IMG/VR virus record: IMGVR_UViG_3300032236_000718
Coordinates: 32,001-96,000 of that record
From: a virus
Strand: one strand, 5' to 3'
Length of the DNA: 64,000 nucleotides
Each line of letters opens with the position of its first letter. Within the stretch, counting starts at the first letter, position 1. This document shows, one piece after another, positions 40,677 through 51,900 of the stretch. The position numbers and the translations under genes are program-made. Under the pieces are notes generated by a model. That model searched no databases, was not told the origin of the DNA, and saw only the letters and a list, made by a program, of their open reading frames with translations.

Positions 40677-41902
40677 GCAATCCTGGTGATCTAGTAGTAA
40701 ATAGTCTGACTATAAAGGCTTCGGGAGGTACTCTAGACCTAACGAGATCTTTTAGCAGTATGCACATATATGAAAGTATATTTACACCTGGTATTGTATG
40801 TTATATTGATGTAGTAGATACTGATGACCAGATTGGAGTTATTAAACTCGTGGGTGGAGAGGCTGTAAACCTATCAATTCAAGTTCCGGGTGGCGATGAA
40901 CAGACATATAACTTCACAGTTATACACAATCACAATACAACTGGTGTGACTGCTTCTATGAAGTCAAAAATCTACACTATAAAGATGGTGTCAGATGAGG
41001 TTATACACGGACACCTTAACTATACTATTAAGTCTGCTGATACTCAGATATCAAACTTAACTAAGCAGATAGTTAAGGATCTACTACACAGTGACAAAGA
41101 GGTGATGGTAGAGGACACTCAGGGAAATCAACACATATACCTACATGGCGGTATGTCCGCTCATGATGCAATAGCTATTATAAGACAGAGAGCAGTATCA
41201 GCAGAAAACAAGTCTTCATTCTTTGTATTCTTTGAGACTAGAAGCGGTGGTAAGATGGCTTACAAGTTGTCTACTATAGAACAGCTATTCAAGGGATCTT
41301 CTGTAAAGACTTTCCAACAATCTGATGCAATTAATAATGATATAACTTCGCAGACTGATAATCAGATACTTGCTCTAGAGATACCAGCACACTTTAGCGC
41401 GCTAGACTTACTAAAAGGCGCAGCATCTGATGTTATAACATATGATTTATCTACACAGCAATACACAAAGAAAAGAATAGAGACAAATACTACAGACTAT
41501 GCAACAGGCGGTACTGGAAAGATGTTAACAGATGATGCTAAAGCTAAGTTTATAAATGCAGCAAAGAATGTTAAGCAGAAAATAGTATTGCAAGATAATC
41601 ATAGTAGAGCAAATACTCATATAGCCGAGACTATACATGATAAATCAGCTTACCTATCTGCTCTTGCACAGAATTCATTAAAGTTTAGAACATATGGTGA
41701 TTTTCAATTAGTTCCTGGTGCGGTAATCACATTAAATATACCTGTAAGATCTAGTACGACAGGTAATAAAGATAATGATAAGCAAATGTCTGGAAAGTTC
41801 TTGATATCTAGGATACATCACGACATCGGTTTAGCAAGTGAGAGTCCTAGATACACATGCGTAGTAGAGTGCATTAAGGGTAACTTGGAGAATGGCGCAT
41901 GA
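40673..41902 (+). CDS. Baseplate hub gp27-like (late control D fold)
   Basis: IYESIFTP, FVFFET, GDFQLVPG, MSGKFLISRIHH; between genes 53 and 5. Confidence 0.75.
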   Translation: MSNPGDLVVNSLTIKASGGTLDLTRSFSSMHIYESIFTPGIVCYIDVVDTDDQIGVIKLVGGEAVNLSIQVPGGDEQTYNFTVIHNHNTTGVTASMKSKIYTIKMVSDEVIHGHLNYTIKSADTQISNLTKQIVKDLLHSDKEVMVEDTQGNQHIYLHGGMSAHDAIAIIRQRAVSAENKSSFFVFFETRSGGKMAYKLSTIEQLFKGSSVKTFQQSDAINNDITSQTDNQILALEIPAHFSALDLLKGAASDVITYDLSTQQYTKKRIETNTTDYATGGTGKMLTDDAKAKFINAAKNVKQKIVLQDNHSRANTHIAETIHDKSAYLSALAQNSLKFRTYGDFQLVPGAVITLNIPVRSSTTGNKDNDKQMSGKFLISRIHHDIGLASESPRYTCVVECIKGNLENGA

Positions 41903-43590
41903 GTGAGTTTAGTTTCTTTATAGCTAAAGTAGTTAACGTTATGGACGACCCACACAAGTCCGGGCGCGTTCGTGTAAGAATATTTGGAAGACACGATGAT
42001 ATCGGTAGTTTTCCTGATGATACTTTACCTTGGGCTTTACCAATACAACCTATAACTAGCGCTGCTATTGGTAGAATAGGTACATCACCTCTAGGATTAC
42101 TACCCGGATCAAACGTTATCGGTATGTATGCGGATCCAGCGCAGCAGTATCCTATGCTTCTAGGAAGTCTTGGAAAGAGTGGCGATCCTGATGGGGGTCC
42201 TGTCCAAGATGGTGTTATATCAATTGACCATAATAAGGGTGGTAGTATACCATCATACTCGCAGTCTGGAGCTCCTCTCGATAATATAGCTTATGGGGTA
42301 TTAGCTGCCGGAGGAGTTGCCGCAGCTATTGCCTTAACTAAGAAACTATACGAGACGGGCAAGGGTCCTGATCCATCGACGCCAAATACTAAAGGCGCAA
42401 CTATGACAAATGAGGTGAAGTCGAAGCTTCATAACTCTGATGCCCCTACTACTGCTTCAGTTGATCCAAAAGATAAAGGTGGTGTACTCGATCACATAAC
42501 AAAGGTTGATCCAAGCTCTATATCTGCTACTGTTAAGGGAGCAGTTGCTGGATTAATACCTGTAGCAAAGATGTTATCAGTTAGTAGCCCTGCTGGAATT
42601 AGGTCTTTAATGCATGGATCTTTTCTTGGTGGAATAACATCACTTGCTGCACTAGCTGGAATAGGTCCAGTCACATCGATGCTTAGTAGTGCTCTTGGAT
42701 CTATTGGCATTTTACCAGAAGGAACATTTCCAGACGGAGCTAGATCAATAATAATGGGTGCAATGACTGGTATGTTAGTTGCAGCTGCTGCTAATAATGG
42801 TCGACCTGCTGCTCCACAAAAACCGGCAGCAAGTGTTCCAACTGCAACTTCTCCAAAACCCCCATCACAACAAATAGTATCAACACCGCCAAGTGGATAT
42901 ATAAAGCAATACTATGCAGCAGGAATAGATCCTTGGCCTGGTTATATTGTTTGGAAGAATCCAAAAAACTCTAGTATTGAAGTTTATACACTAAGAAATG
43001 GTGAACCTAACTGGACATCTGCAGAGCAAGAGATAACATTTAAGCACTCTAGTGATGCTCATACCGGTCTTAATAATATATTAGCAGCAGGTCTAACTGG
43101 AGCCGCTGCTGGATTAGCATTAGGTACACTTATGAAGTCTATGGGATCCTCGATACAAGATATGGGTCTCTCGAATATACTTGGTCATGGAATAAATCTC
43201 GGCTCCATACTTGGTTCAGCTCCACAACTTCTTGGATTCTTAGGAACAAGTGTTAATAAGATTGTTTCTGGTAGACTTCCTATCTCCGCACTTAGCGGTG
43301 GTTTTGCGACAGCTATGGCTGGATTTACTGTCAGTCAAGCACTACTAGCTGCTAAGAAGTCGTCAATGGATGGAATGTATAAGAAGTCAGACTTAGATCA
43401 AGATCTCGAGATATTAGAAGCAGCCTTAGCCGTGATAGCTCTTATACAAGCGTTAAATCCTGGTTCATCTTCTAGCATATCAATTCCTCTATCAAACGGT
43501 ACTATACACACAGTTGGTGGAAATACATCTACTACTACAACTACAGTAATAGGATCTAACTTATTCCAAAACTTACAACTTATATCATAG
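41899..43590 (+). CDS. 5: gp5 N-terminal OB-fold protein with long Gly/Ala/Ser hydrophobic extension
   Basis: DPHKSGRVRVRIFGRH..LPWA, G.SPLGLLPGS.V.G...D..QQYP..LG. Confidence 0.8.
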   Translation: MSEFSFFIAKVVNVMDDPHKSGRVRVRIFGRHDDIGSFPDDTLPWALPIQPITSAAIGRIGTSPLGLLPGSNVIGMYADPAQQYPMLLGSLGKSGDPDGGPVQDGVISIDHNKGGSIPSYSQSGAPLDNIAYGVLAAGGVAAAIALTKKLYETGKGPDPSTPNTKGATMTNEVKSKLHNSDAPTTASVDPKDKGGVLDHITKVDPSSISATVKGAVAGLIPVAKMLSVSSPAGIRSLMHGSFLGGITSLAALAGIGPVTSMLSSALGSIGILPEGTFPDGARSIIMGAMTGMLVAAAANNGRPAAPQKPAASVPTATSPKPPSQQIVSTPPSGYIKQYYAAGIDPWPGYIVWKNPKNSSIEVYTLRNGEPNWTSAEQEITFKHSSDAHTGLNNILAAGLTGAAAGLALGTLMKSMGSSIQDMGLSNILGHGINLGSILGSAPQLLGFLGTSVNKIVSGRLPISALSGGFATAMAGFTVSQALLAAKKSSMDGMYKKSDLDQDLEILEAALAVIALIQALNPGSSSSISIPLSNGTIHTVGGNTSTTTTTVIGSNLFQNLQLIS

Positions 43591-43599
43591 AGAATATAA

Positions 43600-44328
43600 A
43601 TGGCAGACGTCAATAATAAAAAGTATCCAGACACACAGGTGACTCCGGAATATCCATTTGCAAAGGCAACTGTAAATCCGGATGGAAGCGGTTATTATGA
43701 GGATCATACTCCTGGATACGAAGCATTTAGAAAGTTTTTCTCTGATGGTAGTCATACTGAAGTCTCAAATAGTCCAGATGGTGGTTTAGGAAGAGAAGTA
43801 AAGGCAGCCTTAGGTAAAGTATTCCATAACTTAGCGGATGGTCATAGTCATGTTGTAGGTGGCCACTCAGATGTAAATGTAGCTGGAAACCACAGACATA
43901 ATGTCGGAGGAGATCATCATGAGGAGCATGCTGGTAATAAGTACTCAGCGACTTCTGGGCATAAAATAGAGTCATCTGGTGGATCAAGTATACAACATAC
44001 ATCCGACGGTGACAAGCATCATATAACATCCGGTAATGTCATAACAGACCATAGCGGAAGTATACACACTAATATTAAGGGTGATATAATTGAGCACGTG
44101 GGTGGGCACGGGGGACTAATAGTTTCTGGTGGTGACTATGGGGTAAATATTCAAGCTGGTAATATTGATATAAGTTCTGACATTGGAAAAATACATCTAT
44201 GGTCACTAGACGAATTAAAGCTTGAGAGCCTGTCTACTATAACACTCAAAGTTGGAACTAATACTATAGTTATTAATCAATCTGGTATTACAATAACTGC
44301 AGCGGCTGTAAGTTTCGTAAAGGCGTAA
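43600..44328 (+). CDS. gp5 C-terminal beta-helix spike
   Basis: PEYPF, EDHTPG.E, His-rich VxG repeats, ITLKVG..TIVI. Confidence 0.75.
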   Translation: MADVNNKKYPDTQVTPEYPFAKATVNPDGSGYYEDHTPGYEAFRKFFSDGSHTEVSNSPDGGLGREVKAALGKVFHNLADGHSHVVGGHSDVNVAGNHRHNVGGDHHEEHAGNKYSATSGHKIESSGGSSIQHTSDGDKHHITSGNVITDHSGSIHTNIKGDIIEHVGGHGGLIVSGGDYGVNIQAGNIDISSDIGKIHLWSLDELKLESLSTITLKVGTNTIVINQSGITITAAAVSFVKA

Positions 44329-44329
44329 T

Positions 44330-44629
44330 ATGGCATTTGCACACAGAGATGGTGATACTAGAGCATGTGGAGCTACTACAATAGCCCATGGTCAAAATTT
44401 TGTAACAATAGATGGTAAGCTTTGGTCTGTTGATGGTGACAATAATACTGATAGTGGTGGGGCACTACATCATACACAATCATATATAACTATTGGTGGA
44501 ATATATGCTATATTAGTCGGAGACCATGCTAGCCCGGATGGTAAGTCTCCTGATATTATTGATGGTGGTGTTACAGCACACGATGATCCAATAGCTACTG
44601 GATCAGATAACTTTGTCGACGTATCATAG
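44330..44629 (+). CDS. PAAR-like spike tip (gp5.4)
   Basis: AHRDGD..ACGA, V.IDG, GDH, ATGSDNFV. Confidence 0.8.
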   Translation: MAFAHRDGDTRACGATTIAHGQNFVTIDGKLWSVDGDNNTDSGGALHHTQSYITIGGIYAILVGDHASPDGKSPDIIDGGVTAHDDPIATGSDNFVDVS

Positions 44630-44637
44630 GAATTCAG

Positions 44638-45060
44638 ATGTCAACGAGAGCAGATAGTTACACACAGTTAACAGGAAAAGTTGAGCAATTTAGTGACTTC
44701 TTAGTCAATTTTGACTCACATCCTATAACTGGATCATTGGGTAAGATTACAAATGAGGCGTCAGTTAGACGATCTATAATGAATCTTATATCAACAAACC
44801 TTGGTGAAAGACCTTTCCAACCATTTGTTGGATCGACTGTAAACAAAGCATTATTTGAGCCACTTGATCAGATTGCTGCATCTTCTATTAAGGAAAGCAT
44901 AGTTAAGACTATTAGTTATAATGAACCTAGGGCAAATTTACTGGATGTCACGGTATATCCTGCTACTGATAACAATAGCTTTATAGTTAATGTCGTATTT
45001 TCTCTAATAAATACAAATACACCAGTTTCAATAAATGTAGTCCTTAGAAGAGTAAGATAA
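44638..45060 (+). CDS. 25: Baseplate wedge gp25
   Basis: NEASVRRSIMNLI.T..GERPFQP..GS, LFEP, EPRA. Confidence 0.93.
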   Translation: MSTRADSYTQLTGKVEQFSDFLVNFDSHPITGSLGKITNEASVRRSIMNLISTNLGERPFQPFVGSTVNKALFEPLDQIAASSIKESIVKTISYNEPRANLLDVTVYPATDNNSFIVNVVFSLINTNTPVSINVVLRRVR

Positions 45061-46887
45061 ATGGCCAACAGCTCAATAAACCTAACATCATTGGATTTTG
45101 ACACTCTTAAGGGCAACCTAAAGACATTTATGAAATCTCAGACTAACTTCAAAGACTATGACTTTGAAGGCTCTAACATGAGCGTTCTTTTAGATGTCTT
45201 GGCTTATAACACATATCTTAATAGTTTTTATCTTAATATGGCTATTAGTGAGTCTTTCCTTGACACTGCGCAGATTAGAGACTCGGTTGTTAGCCATGCC
45301 AAAGAACTTAATTATACTCCAGGTTCTGCAAAGTCTCCTAGAGCTCTAGTAAATGTTACGGTAACATCAAATGATAATCCAACAGGAATTATAGAAATAC
45401 CAGCAGGAACTACATTTTCTGGCTATAATGCTAATGGTACGTACATCTATACAACTGATACTAACTATGTTGTCTCATCCGTCTCTAACACTTTTATATT
45501 CTCAAATGTAGCTATATACGAGGGTACTTACTTTACAGATAGTTTTTATGCTGACTATACAGTAGAAAATCAAAGATTTATGCTATCTAATTTTAATGTC
45601 GACACAGACAGTATATCTGTAAGTGTAGTTAAAGATATAGGAACAAAACCTGTATATTATACAAAAGCCGACAAGATATATGATCTAACACCAACATCTA
45701 ATGTTTACTTTTTACAAGCTGCAGCTAATAGTCTTTATGAGATAGCATTTGGCGATAATGTATTTGGTCATTATCCAGAAAATGCTTCACTTATTAATAT
45801 TACATATAGAGTAACTAAAGGAACAGAGGGAGGAGGTATTAATTCTTTCTATTTAGATAAAGACCTAGGCCCGTTTAATCAGTGTCATACAGTCGCAACA
45901 GTAGAAACAGTATCTAGTTCAACAAACGGATCTAATTTAGAGAGTATTGAGTCTATAAGATTTAGAGCACCTAGATCTTATCAGACACAAGATAGAGCCG
46001 TAACAGTTAATGACTACAAGACGCTGATAATTGATAATTTTCAAGATATAAAAGATGTGCATATTTACGGCGGACAAGATGTTCCCGGAAGCACAAAATA
46101 TGGAACTGTTTTTATATCTCCAACCACATATTCTGGTAGTGTGTTGTCTAGCCAAAGACAACAAGATTTAATAACTTTCTTAAATACAAAAAAGATTATT
46201 AATATCCAAAATGAGATAGTAAATCCTGATTATGTGTATATAGTTCCAACTATTAATACAACTATAGATTATAATAGTACTACTTTATCTCCAGCACAAA
46301 TAAAGACTATTATAAACAATTCAATTACGACATATAACACAAAGTATCTTCAAATATTTAATAATACTTTAAGATATTCTGACTTTTTATCATATATTGA
46401 TGCTTCAGATACTAGTATTGTCGGATCACATGTAGACTTTCAATTATATAAAGAGATTACACCAACACTTATTGGAAATCAAACAATAACAAGCGTTTTT
46501 AATAACGCAATTAAGCCCGGTAGTGTTACTAGTACAAGCTTCTTAACAGAAGATGGAAATACGTATCAATTAACTGACTATAATCCTAATAATGATACAT
46601 TTGTTAGAGATACTACTTCTAAAACTTATAAGACAATTAACAAGAATCCAATAATATATTTGAAGCAAATATCTGTTAATAATAATCAATCATATAAAAA
46701 AGTTGGTACAATAGACTATTCTACTGGATCTATCACAGTACAAAATTTAAATGTTGTTAGTTTCTTAGAAAATCCTGGTATTAAAGTCTTTGTTATACCT
46801 GAGAATGTTGATATTAGTGGAGTCTTTAATAACATTATCGAGATAGATACATCGACTATCAATATTAATCTGGTTCCTAAAATATGA
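45061..46887 (+). CDS. 6: Baseplate wedge gp6
   Basis: LDFDTLKGNLK, FKDYDFEGS, LLDVLAYNT, ESFLDTAQIR, QDRAVTVNDY. Confidence 0.95.
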   Translation: MANSSINLTSLDFDTLKGNLKTFMKSQTNFKDYDFEGSNMSVLLDVLAYNTYLNSFYLNMAISESFLDTAQIRDSVVSHAKELNYTPGSAKSPRALVNVTVTSNDNPTGIIEIPAGTTFSGYNANGTYIYTTDTNYVVSSVSNTFIFSNVAIYEGTYFTDSFYADYTVENQRFMLSNFNVDTDSISVSVVKDIGTKPVYYTKADKIYDLTPTSNVYFLQAAANSLYEIAFGDNVFGHYPENASLINITYRVTKGTEGGGINSFYLDKDLGPFNQCHTVATVETVSSSTNGSNLESIESIRFRAPRSYQTQDRAVTVNDYKTLIIDNFQDIKDVHIYGGQDVPGSTKYGTVFISPTTYSGSVLSSQRQQDLITFLNTKKIINIQNEIVNPDYVYIVPTINTTIDYNSTTLSPAQIKTIINNSITTYNTKYLQIFNNTLRYSDFLSYIDASDTSIVGSHVDFQLYKEITPTLIGNQTITSVFNNAIKPGSVTSTSFLTEDGNTYQLTDYNPNNDTFVRDTTSKTYKTINKNPIIYLKQISVNNNQSYKKVGTIDYSTGSITVQNLNVVSFLENPGIKVFVIPENVDISGVFNNIIEIDTSTININLVPKI

Positions 46888-48959
46888 GTATAGAGAAATT
46901 TATATCTCCGTTTGTAGAGTCTCAGTTCCCGTCTTTTTATAAGACTGAGGGGCTAAACTTTATAGCATTCGTAAAGGCATATTACGAGTGGATGGAGACT
47001 GAAGGACAAGTCATAAACTATTCTCGTCAACTCTTAGATATAGGTGACGTTGATAATAGTCTAGCTCAGTTTATGACTCACTTTAAGAATAAGTACATTA
47101 ATGGCCTTCCTGAAAATATATTAGCTGATAGACGCTTATTAATTAAGCATATAGTCGATTTATATAACTCAAAAGGAACTAAGAATTCTTATAAGTTCCT
47201 GTTTAGAATGATGTTTAATGAGGATATAGACGTTTATATCCCAGCTGATCACTTATTCTCTAGCTCTGCTGGAACATGGGTAAGACCAAAGCATATTGAA
47301 GTAGGTGATCATCCTAACTTAAAGTCTTTAGAAGGAAAAGTCATCAGGAGCTCTTCTGGAGCTACTGCAGTCGTAGACTCTTTTTCTACAAAAAGAGTAA
47401 AGGGTAAACTTATTAATGTCCTTTACCTTTCTGATATACAAGGCGATTTTTATTATGGTGAAAAGATATATTCACCTGGAATTATAGAGTTTGATAATTA
47501 TAGTCCTAAAGTATTTGGATCTTTAACAACTATCAGCATATTAAATGGTGGTGCTGGATATAATGTTGGAGATATATTAGATATTAGAGGAACAGGTTCT
47601 GATGGTCAGGCTACTGTAGCTTCTATTACACAAAACAATGGTAGAGTTGCGTTTGAACTGATTGATGGTGGATTTGGATATACTGTAAATGCTATAGTAT
47701 CAGTAGTTCCATCTAATGGATCAGGCAGTGGAGCTACTTTCTCAATAGGAGCTATTGCGGATAAGCAGATACTAAAGATATATCCAGACTCAATAACACC
47801 ATTACTTTACACTAAATTAGATCAGGACTCGGTTGGATATAACTTAATTATTAATAATGCTTCTGGGTCATTTGCTACAAATGAAAATATAACCGGTACA
47901 GGAAATAGTATTATTCTTGATGTAAGCTATATTAGCGGAGGAATATATACCGGAGAAGCACTAACAAATACGTCTATAGGTATAACCGGAGCAAATAAGC
48001 TTATTGTCTATAGAAGTGATGGTAACTTACTATATGTAACTGGATCAGAATCTGCTTTAAATTCTCCTAATTTATATAGCAGTGACACACATACTGGAGC
48101 TACATTTGTAAGTAATATTACTGGTTCTTCAGTCACTATATTAAATAAACACAATAAGATTACTGTAACAGCAAATGCAGTATTAAACAGCTCTGCTTCT
48201 AATTCAACATCTTTATATGTATATAGCATGAATGCTGACACTACACCAGTTGGATATTTTATGCCAGGAGCAACAATTACTGGTACTACTAGTAATACTA
48301 CTGCAAAGGTTGTCAGTGATACTCGTCTTACTGACTGGAATGTTGGAGGAAGTGTGTTTCCTGCAGCTTTAGGTGTTGTTAATCTTGATACAACGCTTAA
48401 TAATGCTTTACAAATAAGAAATGTTGAAATAGGAAGAATAGCATATCTTACTAATATAAATCCTGGTTCTGGATATGCATTTAACCCAACTGTTACTATA
48501 ACTGAACCTATAATATACTCCCTTGGAATTAAAGACGGTAGAGGTGGATTCTGGGGTTATGATGCAGTAGTTAAGGCTAAAGCTGGTACAGCAAATGGTG
48601 TTGTTACCTCAATAAGAGTAACCGATTCTGGAGCCGGTTATGTTCCCGATGAATATGTTTATCTTGTTAGCAATACAAATGATGTCGCTGTTTCTGGAAT
48701 AGCTATTGTGGACTCTACTGGAACTGATCGTGGATATTATGTAAATAATAAAGGATTCTTGAGCGACACCATGTATCTTCAGGATAGTAATTATTATCAA
48801 GACTTCTCATATGAGATAGCAGTCCCTAGAATGCTCGACACATATAAGAATATTGTTTTAGATCTGGTCCATCCTGTTGGTATGTCACTATTTGGAAAGT
48901 TTGCCGTATCTAGCCGAGTAGTTGGTCAGAAATCTAGACCAGTTTACTTTAATATCTAA
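46884..48959 (+). CDS. Baseplate wedge gp7-like
   Basis: SQFP.F..FIAFVKAYYEW, LYNSKGT, LQDSNYYQDFSY, HPVGM.LFG. Confidence 0.8.
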   Translation: MSIEKFISPFVESQFPSFYKTEGLNFIAFVKAYYEWMETEGQVINYSRQLLDIGDVDNSLAQFMTHFKNKYINGLPENILADRRLLIKHIVDLYNSKGTKNSYKFLFRMMFNEDIDVYIPADHLFSSSAGTWVRPKHIEVGDHPNLKSLEGKVIRSSSGATAVVDSFSTKRVKGKLINVLYLSDIQGDFYYGEKIYSPGIIEFDNYSPKVFGSLTTISILNGGAGYNVGDILDIRGTGSDGQATVASITQNNGRVAFELIDGGFGYTVNAIVSVVPSNGSGSGATFSIGAIADKQILKIYPDSITPLLYTKLDQDSVGYNLIINNASGSFATNENITGTGNSIILDVSYISGGIYTGEALTNTSIGITGANKLIVYRSDGNLLYVTGSESALNSPNLYSSDTHTGATFVSNITGSSVTILNKHNKITVTANAVLNSSASNSTSLYVYSMNADTTPVGYFMPGATITGTTSNTTAKVVSDTRLTDWNVGGSVFPAALGVVNLDTTLNNALQIRNVEIGRIAYLTNINPGSGYAFNPTVTITEPIIYSLGIKDGRGGFWGYDAVVKAKAGTANGVVTSIRVTDSGAGYVPDEYVYLVSNTNDVAVSGIAIVDSTGTDRGYYVNNKGFLSDTMYLQDSNYYQDFSYEIAVPRMLDTYKNIVLDLVHPVGMSLFGKFAVSSRVVGQKSRPVYFNI

Positions 48960-48995
48960 TTTTTACAATAAATATAAAAAACTATGGATAACTAA

Positions 48996-51900
48996 ATGAC
49001 CGCAGTCCTAACAATCCACCATTATATTGATATCATTAACTCGTTTGTACAGAATGTACTACACTCGAGAAAAGCATATTATATGTATGTTGGTAAGCCT
49101 GATTCTTGGATAGATCAATACGGTGCAAATACAAGTGTTCCATTTCCAACATCTGACTCTGTGACTCAGCACGAGTCACAACTCTATAAAGATATAATTT
49201 TTGGTAAAGAGATAACAGCTAACTCTATATCTTATATGGCTCCAAGACACAACTGGTCAAATGGAACTGTATATTCATTTTATGACCAAGATGATGGTGA
49301 TCTCTACTCTAAAAACTTCTATGTTATGACTGACAATTTTGAAGTCTATAAGTGTATAGACAATGGTGGAGGAGCTCCTTCTACAGTAAAGCCATCATTA
49401 AATTCAGCAAATGGAACATTTCAGACAGCAGATAATTATGTCTGGAAATACATGTATACAGTAGACACTGCAAATAACTCAAAGTTTACAAGTTCTGATT
49501 TTATCCCTGTTATTCCAAATTCGAATGTTGCAGGTCTAGCAGTACCTGGCTCTATTGATGCAATAAGACTAATTAACCAAGGAAGTGGTTATACGACATA
49601 TTATAGTGGTTATATTAATGGTCTAATTAATGACTATAATATATCGCTAGATAGAGGGGCTTCATCTATCAAAGATTTTTATGTTGGGTCTACAATTTAT
49701 TTAAAATCTGGTTTTGGAACTGGCCAGATGAGAAAGATAAAGGCTTACGATGGATTAAATCGTATAGTGAATGTTGATACTCCATTTGATGGCTATACTA
49801 TATTAAACGTAGCTAATGCTGCTGGTAGTTGGGCTCCTGGAGACCAAGTAACACAAAATATAGATTCTATAGCATATCTTTATTCATCCGGATTCTTTGC
49901 GCCAGGTGATCCAGTAATACAGTCAGATACACATGCTAATGGAATAATTGTTACTGCAAATGGTACTTCTCTTAATATAGTTAGAAATAGTGGAGATGTA
50001 TTATTCACGGATCAAGCTCAAGCATATCCTATAATCAATCAAACACAGGCTCCTGTTCTAAAGAACGGAACTGTTTCTGTTATGAATACTACTACACTGT
50101 TTATTAATGCAGTGTCTGGTACATTCCTAACAAATGATTATTCTGTTGGCCAATACATACAGATTGGATCTAACTCAAATAATAACGTAAGACTGATTGA
50201 GTCTGTTAATAGTAGTGTTATACAGGTTGACCTTCCATTTAACTCAGCGCTTATCTCTAATGTTCACTATCTTGTACCATATGCAACTACTCCAGATTCT
50301 ATAGTGCTAACAAGTGCTAATGGTTATATTACTAATACAAATATAAATGGTGCTATTTTACAATATAGTAATGTGTCTATATTAGGCCAGCCATTCATAG
50401 TTGGTGAGAAGGTAGACATGGTAGACATATCTAACACAGGTCAAGCTGTTTATGGAACTGTCTCTTTCTCCAATAATAATACACTAATACTGAGCGATAT
50501 CAATGGTTCTGGATTTATTGGAGAGACTGCAAATACATCTCTTACTCTTGGATTTAATTCAAATACGGGAATATTCAATCCAGGCGATGTTATAGTTGAT
50601 GCTAATGTAGCAGCTGTAGGAACTGTATCATCTGTCACACCTCAAATTGTGATAACAGCATCTGCTCTTTCTGGAAATGTAATATTTACAGTCGGAGAAC
50701 CTGTTTATCAAACAAATGGTACTGCGAATGTAGCCACAGGTATTGTATTCTCTTATGCATCTAATACTATTGTTATAGGTAGTCCCACCGGAATATTCTC
50801 TAACACTTATCAACTATTAGGTAATACATCTAATGCTAATGCTACAGTAGGAACTATAACTTCTAATAATACTATGGTAATTGGTAACGTTACTGGTGAT
50901 TTTATTGTAGGTGATAAGATAATAAATCAGACAAATAACAGTTCAAATGCAACTGTTACTAGCATTTATAGTACAAATCATTACGTAAAAGGTGAATCAT
51001 CTCTACAAAGAGCACACATCGATAAAGTAGTAGGTTATCCTAACATAACGATTAAAAATCAACTTGGTAATTTTACTCTTGGTCAAAAAATATATTCAAG
51101 AGATCCTGTTTCACTTACACAAAAAGCATCAGCTAATATAGTATCTTATTTTAACTCAATCAATGAGTCTACACAGTATTCAATATCACCAACTGTTAAT
51201 ATAGATGGTGATGGACAAGGTGCTATGGCATACTCTGTAGTTAATAATAGTATTGAACTATATTATACAAAAATAACCTCAAATAGTAATTTTTACGTTG
51301 GTGATGATATAACAGATACTACTGGTGGTGCTACTGGTATCATAACATCTATTAATTCGACAGCAATGATAGTAAATCTAACCTTAAATGAGTTTAGAAA
51401 AGATGATATCATTGTTAATAGAAATAGTGTTGGTGCTACTGTATCACAACTAGGAAAGATAATAAACGGTGTTAGTGCAGAGCTTTACTTTACAAGTTCA
51501 AATGGTACATTTAATGTCGGAGATATAATTAAAGACACAAATACTGGAGCTCAAGGTACAGTACAAGTTGCAAATAATAATTATGTCCTATTATCCTACA
51601 ATAATGGATTCTTTAATCCAGGTAATTATTTTATTAGCTCTAGAAATGTAGAGGGACAGATTAGTAGAGCTGTTGTATCTCCTTATAATATTGAAAAAAT
51701 AGTTATTACTAATACTGGTACCGGTTATACATTTGCTAATATAAGTGTTCAGGCTAATACACTCTATGGCAACGGTGCATCAGCTAAGGGTGTAATATCT
51801 CCAATTAAAGGACATGGATCTGATACTCTAGCTGAGTTAGGTGCAAGATATGTTGGAATATCGATGACATTTGATACTGGCTATAATGAAGGTTGGAAGT

